DNA from: an uncultured Gemmatimonadales bacterium
GTDB taxonomy: Bacteria; Gemmatimonadota; Gemmatimonadetes; Gemmatimonadales; GWC2-71-9
Direction of reading: 5' to 3'
Assembly: GCA_963828735.1 (NCBI GenBank)
Contig: CAWHFW010000005.1
Span: 800,001 to 864,000 of the forward strand
Length of the DNA: 64,000 nucleotides
Part shown: positions 51,498-63,127 of the stretch, in pieces
How positions within the stretch are numbered: the stretch's first letter is position 1
Layout: every line of letters starts with the position of its first letter
The notes under the pieces: model-generated
The model's database searches: none
Told to the model about the DNA's origin: nothing
The model's input: the letters and a program-made list of their open reading frames with translations, nothing else
Made by a program: the position numbers and the translations under genes

Positions 51498-54143
51498 GTG
51501 GACACGACAGAAATCGGCCGCCTTTCGGCAGCGCTGGCCGACCGCTATGTCATCGAGCGCGAACTCGGGCGCGGCGGGATGGCCACGGTTTATCTGGCTC
51601 GGGACCTCAAGCACGACCGCCCGGTCGCCCTCAAGGTGCTGCTGCCCGAGCCCGCCGCCTCGCTCGGGCCTGACCGCTTCCAACGCGAGATCAAGCTCGC
51701 CGCCCGTCTCCAGCACCCCCACATTCTCACCGTCCACGACTCAGGGGAGGCCGCCGCGCACCTCTGGTTCACCATGCCGTACGTCGAGGGCGAGTCGCTC
51801 CGGGATCGGCTGCGGCGCGAGCGGCAGCTCCCCGTGGACGAGGCCCTTCGGATCACCCGCGAGGCGGCGCTGGCGCTGGATTACGCCCATCAGGAGGGCG
51901 TGGTCCACCGTGACATCAAGCCCGAAAACCTGCTGCTCACCAAGGACGGCAGCACGCTGGTCGCCGACTTCGGCATCGCGCGAGTCCTGGGGGCCGACGA
52001 GCACCTGACCCAGACGGGATCGACCACGGGCACCCCGGCCTATATGAGCCCGGAGCAGGCGAGCGGAGACAAGCCGGTCGACGCCCGCACCGACGAATAC
52101 TCGCTCGGCTGCGTCCTGTACGAGATGCTGGCTGGCGAGCCGCCGTTCACGGGCTCAACCGCGTGGGCGATCATCGCGAAGTGGTTCACGGAGCCGATCC
52201 CGAGCGTGCGGGGGAGGCGGCCCGACGTGCCGGAGGGCGTCGACCTGGCGATCCAGCGGGCCCTCGCGCAGTCCGCCGAGGACCGGTTCGCCACGATGGC
52301 CGAATTCGTCCGGGCGCTTCAAGGAGCGCCAACCGGGTTCACACCCGACCCGACTCGTACCGCCTCGCGGTCGCCCGCGGCGGCCGGCCGCTGGCGCGCG
52401 CCGGTGGCGGCTGTCATGCTGGGGCTCGGCGTGCTCGTCACCGGTGCGGTCTTCGCCTGGCGACGTACTCACGCGGGCGTGAGCGAGAGCGCCGGGCCCA
52501 GGGTGCTCGCGGTGCTCCCGTTCGAGAACCTGGGCGACTCGGCCGACGCCTACTTCGCCGACGGGGTCGCGGAGGCGGTGCGGGGCAAGCTCTCGCGCCT
52601 CGTGGGTCTGGACGTCATCGCCCGCGGAAGCTCCAACCAGTACCGCCACACCACGAAGGCGCCGGAGGAGATCGCGCGCGAGCTGGGCGCCGACTACCTG
52701 CTGACGGCCACGGTGCGATGGGAGAAGGCGCCGGGCGGCGGGAGCCGGGTGCGGGTCACGCCCGAGCTGGTGGACGTAGGGCCCGGGCGTGCCCCGCGCA
52801 CGCGGTGGCAGGAATCGTTCGATGCTTCGCTGACCGACGTGTTCCAGGTGCAAGCCGACATTGCGACGACGGTGGCAGGTGCGCTCGACGTGGCCTTGGG
52901 TGACAGTGCGCGTCGCGAGCTGGCAACCCAGCCGACTCACAACCTGGCGGCGTACGACGCCTTCCTGAAAGGCGAGGCCGCTTCGCAGTCGATGGGCGTA
53001 AGCCTTCCGTCGAGTCTGCGGCCAGCCATCGGCTTCTACGAGCAGGCGGTGGCGCTCGACTCGTCGTTCGTGATGGCATGGGCCCAGCTCGCCCGTGCGC
53101 GCTCCCTTCTCTACGTCAACAGCACTCCCACGCCTGAGGTGGGAGCGCAGGCCCGCCAGGCGGCGGAGCGGGCCCAAGCGCTCGGTCCCGACCGGCCCGA
53201 CGGACCGCAGGCGCTGGGTACGTACTACTCGTTCGTGGTGGGGGACAACCGGCAGGCGCTCGCGGCGTACGAGGCCGGACTCAGGTTGGCGCCGAACAAC
53301 GTCGACCTACTCGGGTTGGTGGCCTCGGCTGAGCAGCGCTTGGGCCGTTGGGACGCGGCGCTCACGCATCTCAGCAAGGCGGGTACCCTCGACCCACGCT
53401 CGGCTAACCCGCCTCGACTCATCGGGACTGCGCTACTCTTGCTGCGGCGCTATCCCGAAGCCCAGGCCGCGCTGAACCGTGCCGCCACACTCGCCCCCAC
53501 CAACCTTCCCGTCATCGCGTTCAAGGTCATGGTGGCCCTCGCCCAGGGTGATCTCGCCGGCGCCCGGGCCATCATACGCACGGCCCTCACGACCTTCGAG
53601 CCGGCGGCGCTGATCGCTTCCTTGGGAAACTATTGGGACCTCTACTGGCCACTGGATAACGCCCAACAGCTGCAGCTCCTCGCACTGCCGCCGAGTGCCT
53701 TTGACAACGACCGGGCCGCCTGGGCCCTCGTGCGCGCCGAGACCGAACACCTCCGCGGGCGTCCGGCCGAGGCTCGGGTCTACGCCGACACGGCTCGGCT
53801 GGCCTATGAGGAGCAGCTCCGGGCGGCACCCCAGGACCCCCAGCGACACGCCTACCGGGGTGTGGCCCTAGCCTACCTGGGCCGGAAGGCGGAGGCGATT
53901 CAGGAAGGAAGGCGAGCGATCGCGCTCATGCCCGTCAGCCGGGACGCCCTCATAGGGGCCTACCTCCAACACCAGCTCGTGCGCATCTACCTGCTCGTGG
54001 GCGAGCCGGAGAACGCGCTCGACCAGCTCGAGCCCCTGCTCAGGATGCCGTATCACCTCTCGCCCGGCTGGCTCCGGATCGACCCCACGTTCGCCCCGCT
54101 CCGGGGCAACCCGCGCTTCGAACAGCTGGTGAACGGGACATGA
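51498..54143 (+). CDS. Hanks-type Ser/Thr protein kinase with TM, TolB-like and TPR domains
   Basis: LGRGGMATVY, VALKVL, HRDIKPEN, DFGIA, GTPAYMSPEQ and LAVLPFENLG motifs; TPR repeats. Confidence 0.93.
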   Translation: MDTTEIGRLSAALADRYVIERELGRGGMATVYLARDLKHDRPVALKVLLPEPAASLGPDRFQREIKLAARLQHPHILTVHDSGEAAAHLWFTMPYVEGESLRDRLRRERQLPVDEALRITREAALALDYAHQEGVVHRDIKPENLLLTKDGSTLVADFGIARVLGADEHLTQTGSTTGTPAYMSPEQASGDKPVDARTDEYSLGCVLYEMLAGEPPFTGSTAWAIIAKWFTEPIPSVRGRRPDVPEGVDLAIQRALAQSAEDRFATMAEFVRALQGAPTGFTPDPTRTASRSPAAAGRWRAPVAAVMLGLGVLVTGAVFAWRRTHAGVSESAGPRVLAVLPFENLGDSADAYFADGVAEAVRGKLSRLVGLDVIARGSSNQYRHTTKAPEEIARELGADYLLTATVRWEKAPGGGSRVRVTPELVDVGPGRAPRTRWQESFDASLTDVFQVQADIATTVAGALDVALGDSARRELATQPTHNLAAYDAFLKGEAASQSMGVSLPSSLRPAIGFYEQAVALDSSFVMAWAQLARARSLLYVNSTPTPEVGAQARQAAERAQALGPDRPDGPQALGTYYSFVVGDNRQALAAYEAGLRLAPNNVDLLGLVASAEQRLGRWDAALTHLSKAGTLDPRSANPPRLIGTALLLLRRYPEAQAALNRAATLAPTNLPVIAFKVMVALAQGDLAGARAIIRTALTTFEPAALIASLGNYWDLYWPLDNAQQLQLLALPPSAFDNDRAAWALVRAETEHLRGRPAEARVYADTARLAYEEQLRAAPQDPQRHAYRGVALAYLGRKAEAIQEGRRAIALMPVSRDALIGAYLQHQLVRIYLLVGEPENALDQLEPLLRMPYHLSPGWLRIDPTFAPLRGNPRFEQLVNGT

Positions 54144-54247
54144 CGCTCGATCTTTGGGCGCGGTTTGAGAGTTGATTAGTGGGTTGGTACGTGCTCGAGC
54201 GCGAGTAGGGTCCTCTGCTCTTGTCGGGCTGTCTCCCCGTCATTAGA

Positions 54248-54299
54248 ACTTAGGATCCTGTCCCGCAAGGGCTGCGGGTTCGACTCCCGCCGTTCGCAT
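54248..54299 (+). repeat. att-like duplicate of the tRNA-Leu 3' half
   Basis: ACTTAGGATCCTGTCCCGCAAGGG[C/G]TGCGGGTTCGACTCCCGCCGTTCGCAT: 52 bp with 1 mismatch versus 51108-51159. Confidence 0.95.
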
Positions 54300-54329
54300 C
54301 TCCTTCTGGTCAACCACTTGCCCGCCCTC

Positions 54330-55235
54330 ATGACGGCTTCATCCAACCCCGTGACCGCCTCGTTGCGGCAGCCCGCGCTCCGGTCGCCCGAATTCGGACT
54401 GGCCCTTGGGCTCGTCGTCGGGCGCTTCGCGCTCGACATGCAGGACCTTCATTACGGCTACTGGACCGACGACCTCGAGCTGACGCCGCAGAACCTGGCG
54501 CGAGCCCAGGCCCGCTACACCGACGAGCTGATGGCCGACATTCCCCCCGGCGTGCGCTCGATTCTCGACGTCGGCTGCGGGGCGGGCAACACGGCGCGCA
54601 AACTGCTCGAGCGGGGCTACGAGGTCGACTGCGTCTCGCCCAACGCCTGGCTCACCTCGGAAGCCCGCAAGGTGCTGGGAACCCAGGCCCGGGTCTTCGC
54701 GTCCAAGTTCGAGGACCTCACCCTGGACCGGACCTACGACCTGATCCTCTTCAGCGAAAGCTTCCTCTTCATGAAGGCGGAGCGGGCGCTGGCGAAAGCG
54801 GAATCCGCGCTCCGGCCGGGCGGTTACATCCTGATCTCCGACATCTTCAAGGTTCCCGCCGACCAGAAGAGCCCGATCGGCGGGGGCCAGGACCTGCGCC
54901 GCTATCGCGCGCTGCTCGCCGCCTCGCGCTTCACCCAGCTCAAGGACACGGACATGACGGCGAATATCGCGCCGACGTTCGATCTTCTGAGCCGGGCCTA
55001 CGCCGAGGCGATCGGCCCCGCGTATGGGCTCATCCTCGCCAGGCTCGATGCGTCGTACCCCCGACTGATGAAGTTCGTCCGCTGGAAGTGGCGGGCCAGG
55101 ATCGCTCGCCTCGAGCAAAAGCACTTCGGCGGCAAGCGCGATGGTGCGCACTTCATGAGGCACAAGTCGTATCGGAGGATGCTGTATCAACTCAGGACCG
55201 AGGCTCCTGCGAGTCATCAAGGCATCATGCCCTGA
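54330..55235 (+). CDS. Class I SAM-dependent methyltransferase
   Basis: LHYGYW, ILDVGCGAG, YDLILFSES and LRPGGYILISD motifs. Confidence 0.85.
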   Translation: MTASSNPVTASLRQPALRSPEFGLALGLVVGRFALDMQDLHYGYWTDDLELTPQNLARAQARYTDELMADIPPGVRSILDVGCGAGNTARKLLERGYEVDCVSPNAWLTSEARKVLGTQARVFASKFEDLTLDRTYDLILFSESFLFMKAERALAKAESALRPGGYILISDIFKVPADQKSPIGGGQDLRRYRALLAASRFTQLKDTDMTANIAPTFDLLSRAYAEAIGPAYGLILARLDASYPRLMKFVRWKWRARIARLEQKHFGGKRDGAHFMRHKSYRRMLYQLRTEAPASHQGIMP

Positions 55236-55351
55236 AGGCGGGTGGCTGCGGACGTCTTCGCTGGCGATGGGACGGCCGCGGCGGCCCCTGGTGCTCAGCG
55301 GGGTCACGAAAATTGCGTCCGGGGACGACGCCAGGGTAAATTGCCCGCACG

Positions 55352-56605
55352 ATGTCCCAGATCACCGTCGAGAAAACCGCCGAGGATTCCGCCTCCAAGT
55401 CGCTCCGAGTGACCGTCCCGGTCGACCGCGTCCGCGAGGCCGAGGCCAAGGCGTTGAGCTACTACGTGCAGCGGGCGCGGCTGCCGGGCTTCCGGCCGGG
55501 TAAGGCGCCCGCGGCCGTCGTCCGGAAGCGGTTCGGCGACGCCATCCGGCAGTCGGTCCTGGAAGAGGTCATCCGGGAGAGCTGGGAGACGGCCCGGACC
55601 ACCGAGTCCCTCAAGCCCATCACCGATCCCTCCATCCGGAACCTCAAGTTCGAGGAGGGGAGTCCGATCGAGTTCGAGCTCCTGGTCGAGGTGCGCCCGG
55701 AGATCAAGCTCGAGCGCACCGGCGGCTTCCGGGTCGAGCGCCAGGTGGCGCCGGTCGCGGACAGCGCCGTCGACGAGCAGCTCGCCCGACTCCAGGAGCA
55801 GAAGGCGACGTGGATTCCGGTCGAAGGCGCCAAGCCGTCGCCGGGGCAGATGGTGCGGGTGGAGGTGGCCCCGCTCGATGAAGCCGGCGCGGGGGCATCC
55901 CAGCCGTACGACCTGGTCCTCGGCCAGAATCAGGCGATCCCGGATCTCGAGGAGCGGATCATGACGCTCCTGCCGGGAGAGCAGGCGGACGCCGAAGTGA
56001 AGTTCCCGGAGGACCACCCGGACGAAAGCCGCCGCGGGCAGACGCGACGCGTCCGCGTCACGCTCCACGACGTGAAGCGCCAGGAGCTCCCGGCACTCGA
56101 CGACGCCTTCGCGCGCGAGGTCGGCGACTTCGAGAATCTCGACGCCCTGCGTGGGGCGGTCCGGCACGATCTGGAGCACGAGGCGACGCGCGAGGCCGAT
56201 GCCCGGCTGCGGCAGGCCGTGATCCAGCAGGTGGTCGACGCCAACAGCGTGCAGGCGCCCGACTCGCTGGTGCACCGGCTGATGCATAACTATGCCGAAA
56301 TGTACCGGGTGCCCCAGGAGCAGCTGTCGCAGTTCGAGCAGCAGTTCCACGAGGTGGCGGCCGCTCAGGTACGGCGCGACCTCGTGCTCGACGCCGTCGT
56401 CGAGGCCAACGGCCTTGGGGCCACCGAGGCGGAGCTCGATCAGCGGGTCGGCGAATTGGCCGCCGCGCGGGGCGTGCCGGCGGGCCAGCTGTACGGCAAC
56501 CTGCAGAAGGCGAACCGGCTCCCGGAGCTCGAGCGCGCCATTACCGAGGAAAAGGCGTTCGCCTGGCTCCTCCAGCAGTCCACAATCGACGAGGTGAAGT
56601 CTTGA
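55352..56605 (+). CDS. tig: Trigger factor
   Basis: [10 protein letters not shown] ribosome-binding motif, FKBP-like domain and LPALDDAFA; upstream of clpP. Confidence 0.93.
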   Translation: MSQITVEKTAEDSASKSLRVTVPVDRVREAEAKALSYYVQRARLPGFRPGKAPAAVVRKRFGDAIRQSVLEEVIRESWETARTTESLKPITDPSIRNLKFEEGSPIEFELLVEVRPEIKLERTGGFRVERQVAPVADSAVDEQLARLQEQKATWIPVEGAKPSPGQMVRVEVAPLDEAGAGASQPYDLVLGQNQAIPDLEERIMTLLPGEQADAEVKFPEDHPDESRRGQTRRVRVTLHDVKRQELPALDDAFAREVGDFENLDALRGAVRHDLEHEATREADARLRQAVIQQVVDANSVQAPDSLVHRLMHNYAEMYRVPQEQLSQFEQQFHEVAAAQVRRDLVLDAVVEANGLGATEAELDQRVGELAAARGVPAGQLYGNLQKANRLPELERAITEEKAFAWLLQQSTIDEVKS

Positions 56606-56607
56606 CG

Positions 56608-57234
56608 ATGGCCACGCTCTATCCGCCCTACATCATCGAGCGATCAAGCCGCGGCGAGCGGACGTACGACATCTTCTCGCGGCTGCTCATGGACCGGATC
56701 GTGTTCCTGGGCGCCCCGATCAACGATGACGTCGCGAACATCATCATCGCCCAGCTCCTGTTCCTCGAGGCCGACAACCCCGACAAGGACATCTACCTCT
56801 ACATCAACTCTCCCGGCGGCGTGGTCTCGGCGGGCATGGCGATCTACGACACCATGCAGCATCTGCGCGCCCCGGTGAACACCATCTGCATGGGCATGGC
56901 CGCCTCCATGGGCTCGTTCCTCCTCGCGGCGGGCACCAAGGGCAAGCGGAGCGCCCTGCCCCACTCCCGGATCATGATCCACCAGCCCTCGGGTGGCGCC
57001 CAGGGCACCGCGGCCGACATCGAGATCCAGGCGCGGGAGATCCTCTATCTCCGCAGCAAGATGAACGCGCTGTACGCCCAGCATACCGGCCAACCGATCG
57101 AGACGATCGAGCGCGACATGGACCGCGACCGGTTCATGAGCGCCGAGGAGGCCAAGGCGTACGGTCTCATCGACAGCGTCTTCACCCCGCGGAAGGACCT
57201 GGTTCCGCACACGGACGGGAAGAAAGAGACTTGA
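56608..57234 (+). CDS. clpP: ATP-dependent Clp protease proteolytic subunit
   Basis: [25 protein letters not shown] and DRDRFM motifs. Confidence 0.97.
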   Translation: MATLYPPYIIERSSRGERTYDIFSRLLMDRIVFLGAPINDDVANIIIAQLLFLEADNPDKDIYLYINSPGGVVSAGMAIYDTMQHLRAPVNTICMGMAASMGSFLLAAGTKGKRSALPHSRIMIHQPSGGAQGTAADIEIQAREILYLRSKMNALYAQHTGQPIETIERDMDRDRFMSAEEAKAYGLIDSVFTPRKDLVPHTDGKKET

Positions 57235-57298
57235 CGCTTCCGGTGCCGGGGTCCACCTTTCCCCGACACCACCCTCACCTCCATCGCGACGCGGCTCC

Positions 57299-58542
<1,244 letters not shown>

Positions 58543-58546
<4 letters not shown>

Positions 58547-59241
58547 GGCGGGCGGTCAAACGAGCGGACGATCGGGCGACCGCATCGTCCGGGGATCGGC
58601 CCGATCCCGCGACGCCCGCTCGAGTCCCTGATCGCCCGATCGCCCGATCGCCCCTCGCCGCCCAACCCATCGAATTCGTCGGATCGTTCCCAGACCCGCT
58701 GGTCCCGCTCGCGGCGCCTCTTCCGGAGGTGGCGCTGATCGGTCGCTCCAACGTCGGCAAATCCAGTCTGCTCAACGCGCTGGCCGGGCGCCCGGGGCTC
58801 GCCCGCGTGAGCGGCACGCCGGGCAAGACCACCCTGCTCAATGTCTTCCGGCTCCCGACGTTCTTCCTCGTGGACTTGCCCGGCTACGGGTTCGCGCGGG
58901 CCAGCAAGCCGGCCCGGGCCGGCTACCGCCGGTTGGTGGATCGGTACCTGCTGGAGCGGCCCACGCTCGGCGGTGTCGTCTGGCTCCTGGACGTTCGCCA
59001 CCAGCCGTCGAAGGAGGACCGGGCGATGCAGGAGCTGCTGATCCGAAGCGGCCGGCCCGTGCTGGTGGCGCTCACCAAGGCCGACAAGCTCACCCGCTCC
59101 GCCCAGGCCGCCCGCACCCGCGAGCTCGCCACGGCCCTGGGCTTGCATGAGGACCAGGTGCAGCTGACCAGCAGCACGTCCCTGCTCGGCATCGCCGAGC
59201 TCGCCGAGAGCATCATCGCCGCCGTAGGAGGCACCGCATGA
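58543..59241 (+). CDS. engB: Ribosome biogenesis GTPase YihA/YsxC (start uncertain)
   Basis: [19 protein letters not shown] and TKADK motifs; GTG overlaps the clpX stop. Confidence 0.9.
58548..58653. repeat. Octamer-built inverted repeat at the 5' end of engB
   Basis: Left GCGGGCGG-TCAAACGA-GCGGACGA-TCGGGCGA; right TCGCCCGA-TCGCCCGA-TCGCCC. Confidence 0.5.
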
Positions 59242-59930
59242 AGAGTTCGGCCAGAGTGTGGTCTCTGCTCGTCCTCGCGGCGGTCGCGGGCGGCCGGGCC
59301 GGCGAGGCCCAGGTCGGCGGCGGTGCGGCCGTGAACATGCCGCCGGGTGGGTACGGATCGCTTACGCAGAACGACCTCGCGCTCAGGATCAAGACACCCG
59401 ACGTCGAAGTCCGGTTCGTGCCGCTCGACGCACGGGTCACCCGGCTGCTGGCGAAGGACAGCTGGGAGTCGCTCCGGTCCGTCGTGGAGTCGCGCCGCCC
59501 GGCGATCGACTCGGTCGCCCACGCGAACGGCGTCTCACGGCCGGGCCTGGCGCTGGTCACGTTCTACGGCCAGCGCACCAACGCCCGCTTCGAACCCCAG
59601 ACGCTCACCGTCATGGCCCGAAGCCGCGAGTTCCGTCCGCTCGGCATCGTACCCTACAGCGGTCAGTTCACCTCGCAGCAACTCGACGTGCGGGAGCAGG
59701 TGAGCGGGATCTTCCTCTTCGAGGAGGACCTGCCGGTCAACGACTCGTTCACCTTCCTGTACGCGGGGATAACATCAGACGATTGGCAGGGAAAGCAGCG
59801 TACTCTGGATCGGGAGCGGGCGCGCGTCGCATCCCGCGAGCGGGCGAGTGTCCGGGAAACGACGACGAGCTCGTCGGGCGGGGCCGACTCCGTTGCAACC
59901 GACTCGACGGCGGCGGGCAGCGCGCGCTGA
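59238..59930 (+). CDS. Hypothetical exported protein
   Basis: Signal peptide ending AGEA-Q; ATGA overlap with engB. Confidence 0.75.
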   Translation: MKSSARVWSLLVLAAVAGGRAGEAQVGGGAAVNMPPGGYGSLTQNDLALRIKTPDVEVRFVPLDARVTRLLAKDSWESLRSVVESRRPAIDSVAHANGVSRPGLALVTFYGQRTNARFEPQTLTVMARSREFRPLGIVPYSGQFTSQQLDVREQVSGIFLFEEDLPVNDSFTFLYAGITSDDWQGKQRTLDRERARVASRERASVRETTTSSSGGADSVATDSTAAGSAR

Positions 59931-59953
59931 GCCGCCGAGCGATGGCGAACCAT

Positions 59954-59984
59954 CGAAGGGGCACGCGCCGCGCGTGCCCCTTCG
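59954..59984. terminator. Hairpin between convergent genes
   Basis: CGAAGGGGCACGCG-CCG-CGCGTGCCCCTTCG, a perfect 14-bp stem. Confidence 0.7.
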
Positions 59985-59990
59985 CCGCGT

Positions 59991-60944
59991 TCAGGTGCGG
60001 GTGATGGTCCAGGACCGCAGGACGCCGGCGTAACGCGACGGCGAGACCAGCATCGCAGTGGACAGCGCGTCGGCCTCGAGGCCGGTTCGCGCGAGCACGG
60101 TGGCCTGGACCAGGGCTGCCGCGGGATATCCTGTCGCCGGGTTCATGACGTGTCCCCGGATCGCTCGTCCCCAATGGACCACCGAGACGGTGTTGGCCGA
60201 GGTGGCGAGCGCCGCATCGCGGAGCCGAACGCTGCCGCTTCTGCCGTCGACGCGCGCCGGATCGGCGATCTCCACCAGCCAGCCCGGCTCGCCCGGCGGC
60301 GCACCGATGGCCAGACAGTCGCCGCTCACGTCGAGGAACGCCCGGCGGATTCCGGCGCCGCGCAGCAGGGCCGCCATCCGATCCAGGCCATAGCCGACGC
60401 CGATGCCACCCAGATCGAGCTGGGCGGAGGCACTTGCGAGGGTCGCCGATCGCCCGGTGAGGCTCACGCGGGCCGCACGCACCGCCTCGCGCGCCGCCGC
60501 GAGCTCGGTCGAGGTCGGCGGCGAGGTGCGTCGCGCGTGGAAGCCCCACGCGCGCATGAGCGGCTCGATCGCGGGATCGAATGCGCCGTCGGTGAGCGCG
60601 CGGAACCGCTCGGCGGCGTGGAGCACGGTCCCGAGGTCCTGTCCGATCACCTGCGGCCCGCGACCCGCCGCGCGGTTGAGCGCGGAGAGATCGCTCGCCT
60701 CGTCGAACCGCGAGAGGGCACCCTCGACCCGGCGCAGCTCGCCCAGGGCTGCCTGGGCCACCTCGTACCCCGCGGCCTCCGAGGCCGCGAAGAGCTGCAG
60801 ATGGACCGTCTGCCCCATGGCCCACGACCAGCGCTCCACGAACACCTCTCCCCCGAGGCCGCCGGCCGCCGCGGCGAGCCAACGCGGCGAGAGGGCCCCG
60901 GCGAGCCCGACACCCAGCGCTCCCAGGAAGTCCCGCCGTCTCAC
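59991..60944 (-). CDS. apbE: FAD:protein FMN transferase (ApbE family) with twin-arginine signal
   Basis: AMGQT, SRFDEASDLSALN, TDGAFDP, LDLGGIGVGY, ALATS, H.MNPATG and ADALSTA motifs; N-terminus MRRRDFLGALG. Confidence 0.9.
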   Translation of the reverse strand: MRRRDFLGALGVGLAGALSPRWLAAAAGGLGGEVFVERWSWAMGQTVHLQLFAASEAAGYEVAQAALGELRRVEGALSRFDEASDLSALNRAAGRGPQVIGQDLGTVLHAAERFRALTDGAFDPAIEPLMRAWGFHARRTSPPTSTELAAAREAVRAARVSLTGRSATLASASAQLDLGGIGVGYGLDRMAALLRGAGIRRAFLDVSGDCLAIGAPPGEPGWLVEIADPARVDGRSGSVRLRDAALATSANTVSVVHWGRAIRGHVMNPATGYPAAALVQATVLARTGLEADALSTAMLVSPSRYAGVLRSWTITRT

Positions 60945-61450
60945 GCCGTCCCCCGGAGGCCCGCGAGCTCGCGCAGGATGAACCAGGACTGCACGTAGAA
61001 CGTGAGCGCCATCAGCCCGCTCGAGAGCGACAGGAGCCAGCTGAAGCGGGCGTCGACGTAGCGCATGAGCCACATCGACGAAAACGAGACCAGCAGGGCG
61101 ACGAACGGCTCGACGACCAGGATCTGCCGCCAACGCGGCCCGGGCCGCTCGCACAAGGCCAGCGCGAGGCCACTGACGATGAAGATCGCCGCCATGCTCA
61201 GCAGGTGCGTGTGTGTGATGTTGAGCATTTCGGCGTAGGGCTTGGGGAACTTCATCGCCGCGTCGCTGACGGCGGTGGAATCCGTACCGCGATACTGATC
61301 GGCGACCCCGGGCGGGGTCATGCCAGTGGTGTGGTGGATGAAGACCAGGCCGGTGGTGTACCCCACCAGCTGGACGATGGTCGCCCAGAAGCCGAGGGCC
61401 CGGAGGACGGGGGAGGCCTGTCTCCAGGTGGGGCCGGGCTCGGCCGTCAC
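60941..61450 (-). CDS. Four-TM membrane protein with THTHL motif (putative metal/heme-binding)
   Basis: Four hydrophobic segments; HH after TM1 and ITHTHLLSM at the start of TM2; GTGA overlaps on both sides. Confidence 0.7.
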   Translation of the reverse strand: MTAEPGPTWRQASPVLRALGFWATIVQLVGYTTGLVFIHHTTGMTPPGVADQYRGTDSTAVSDAAMKFPKPYAEMLNITHTHLLSMAAIFIVSGLALALCERPGPRWRQILVVEPFVALLVSFSSMWLMRYVDARFSWLLSLSSGLMALTFYVQSWFILRELAGLRGTA

Positions 61451-61938
61451 TTGAGCTTTCCCTGAGCGTGCCACGCGGTGAGCTCGGCGAGAGCCTGTCG
61501 GACTCCCCGCGTCACCGCGTTCGAGCTGATGGTGGCCCCCGAGATGTTCTTGATGTCTTTGCCTAGCTGCAGGGGCGCGCCGGCCGTCTTGCCACGGAAC
61601 TGCTTCCGCCACGGGTCATAGGCCACCTCGCCCCCGTACGGCTCGCGATAGGCGAGGATGTCGATGTCGCGCAGGGCGTCCGCCGAATCGATGGCCACGA
61701 GGTAGGTGATCGGCAGCTCCTTGCCCTTCACGTTCCGCACCTGCGCGAAGCCGAGCAGCGCGCCGGCGCGCGAGACGCGGTAGACGGTGGCCGTGTCCAC
61801 GCGAAGGGTGTCTACCTGCGCGCCGGGGCCGTACACGCGCTCGAGCGATTTGGCGAGCTTGCCCGGCGGCGCGGATTGGGCCGCCGCCGGACCGGCGGCG
61901 AGCGCGAGCGCGACCCCGAGGCCCGCCCGCGACGCCAC
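61447..61938 (-). CDS. Exported FMN-binding (flavinylated) protein
   Basis: Signal ending AAA-Q; VKGKELPITYLVAI, ILAYREPYGGEV and W.KQF.GK motifs; flavinylation motif ISGATISS. Confidence 0.85.
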   Translation of the reverse strand: MASRAGLGVALALAAGPAAAQSAPPGKLAKSLERVYGPGAQVDTLRVDTATVYRVSRAGALLGFAQVRNVKGKELPITYLVAIDSADALRDIDILAYREPYGGEVAYDPWRKQFRGKTAGAPLQLGKDIKNISGATISSNAVTRGVRQALAELTAWHAQGKLK

Positions 61939-61954
61939 CCTCGTTCCGGAGCGC

Positions 61955-63109
61955 CTAGAACTGATACCCCACCCCCAGGGCCAGCTGCTCGTCCTCGCCC
62001 ACGCCGCCCGCGTTCCGGCGAATCTGGTAGTCGCCCTTGAAGACCACATCGTACACCGGCTTGTACGAGAGACCGACCGTGGTAATCCGTCGCGCAAGCG
62101 CGTCATCCCGTACCACGTTGTCGGGAACACCCGCCTGGGTGTTGTACTGCTCGTAGCGCAGGAACGCGTTCAGCCGCTGCGTGGACGCCGGCGCGAACGC
62201 GGACAGGATGTTGTACGCGCCTTCGACGTAGCCACCCGCGATGCGGCTTCCCACCTGGCCGCCGTAGGCCGCGTTGATCTTCTCGACGTCCGCGATGCTG
62301 ATGTTCGCCACCTCGCCCCGGAACATAAAGGGCCCGACGTCGTACCGCGCGTCGGCGGATACGAGCCCCACGGCGTTGTCGAACGTGCCCGTACCGAGTA
62401 GCGGGTCCTGCGCGGCGCTGCCGCCGTACCAGAACGAGCCGCCGATGCGAAGCCCGGGACGGACCCACTCGAGCCGGCCGGTGAGGGAGGGATTGGCGAA
62501 CGTGGCGTTCTGCCCCTCCTGCCGTCCCTCACGGATGCCCTCCTCCGCGGAGAAGCCGCTCGCCACGAGGCCGTTCAGCACGTACACACGGTAGGTGAGG
62601 CCCGAGGTGCCGAGGTTGCCCACCAGGCCGACGCCGATGTCGCGCCAGGTGGTCGGGATGACGTCGTTGTCGAACGGTGGGCGATCGACGCCGTTGAAGG
62701 TCGGGGGCTCGTGGGTTTCGTTCACGATGCCGATGGGCGGCAGCACGAGGCCGGCGCGGAGCGTCGCCGAGGACGAGAGCGCATAGTCCAGATAGAGCTG
62801 CTCCAGCGCGACCTCGCCGCCTGCCTGGCCGCCCTCGATGCGCGCGTCCTCGACTTCGAGCTCGCTGCGGAACGAGAGCTTGGCGTTGAAGCTGTGGGCG
62901 AGGAACACCACGAAGCGGGCGACGTTCACGCTTCCGGGCGTATCGGGGCCCGTGAGGTTGTGGTAGTGCACCTCGCCGTAGCCGCCGATGGAAGTGTGCT
63001 CCTCGTCCGGAGCCGTTTCCTGGGCCGCGGCGACCGAGATGGGGAGAATGCTGAAGGGGAGAGCGCAGAGCGCGAAGACGGCGGCGGGCAGCGGCGGCAA
63101 GGCGCGCAT
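61955..63109 (-). CDS. Outer-membrane porin-like beta-barrel protein
   Basis: Signal peptide; GGYGEVHY, SELEVE, GEVALEQ.YLDY and NETHEPPTF.GV.RP motifs; C-terminal GVGYQF; AAAGGA RBS. Confidence 0.8.
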   Translation of the reverse strand: MRALPPLPAAVFALCALPFSILPISVAAAQETAPDEEHTSIGGYGEVHYHNLTGPDTPGSVNVARFVVFLAHSFNAKLSFRSELEVEDARIEGGQAGGEVALEQLYLDYALSSSATLRAGLVLPPIGIVNETHEPPTFNGVDRPPFDNDVIPTTWRDIGVGLVGNLGTSGLTYRVYVLNGLVASGFSAEEGIREGRQEGQNATFANPSLTGRLEWVRPGLRIGGSFWYGGSAAQDPLLGTGTFDNAVGLVSADARYDVGPFMFRGEVANISIADVEKINAAYGGQVGSRIAGGYVEGAYNILSAFAPASTQRLNAFLRYEQYNTQAGVPDNVVRDDALARRITTVGLSYKPVYDVVFKGDYQIRRNAGGVGEDEQLALGVGYQF

Positions 63110-63127
63110 AAATCCTTTCGAGCAAGA

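Larger units (their letters stand above)
51108..54299. mobile_element. tRNA-Leu-integrated genomic islet (~3.1 kb), no integrase
   Basis: Direct repeat of the tRNA 3' half at 51108-51159 and 54248-54299. Confidence 0.8.

Noticed and set aside
54248..54299. Second tRNA-Leu gene
   Set aside because: It lacks the 5' acceptor strand and D arm; it is an att-like fragment.
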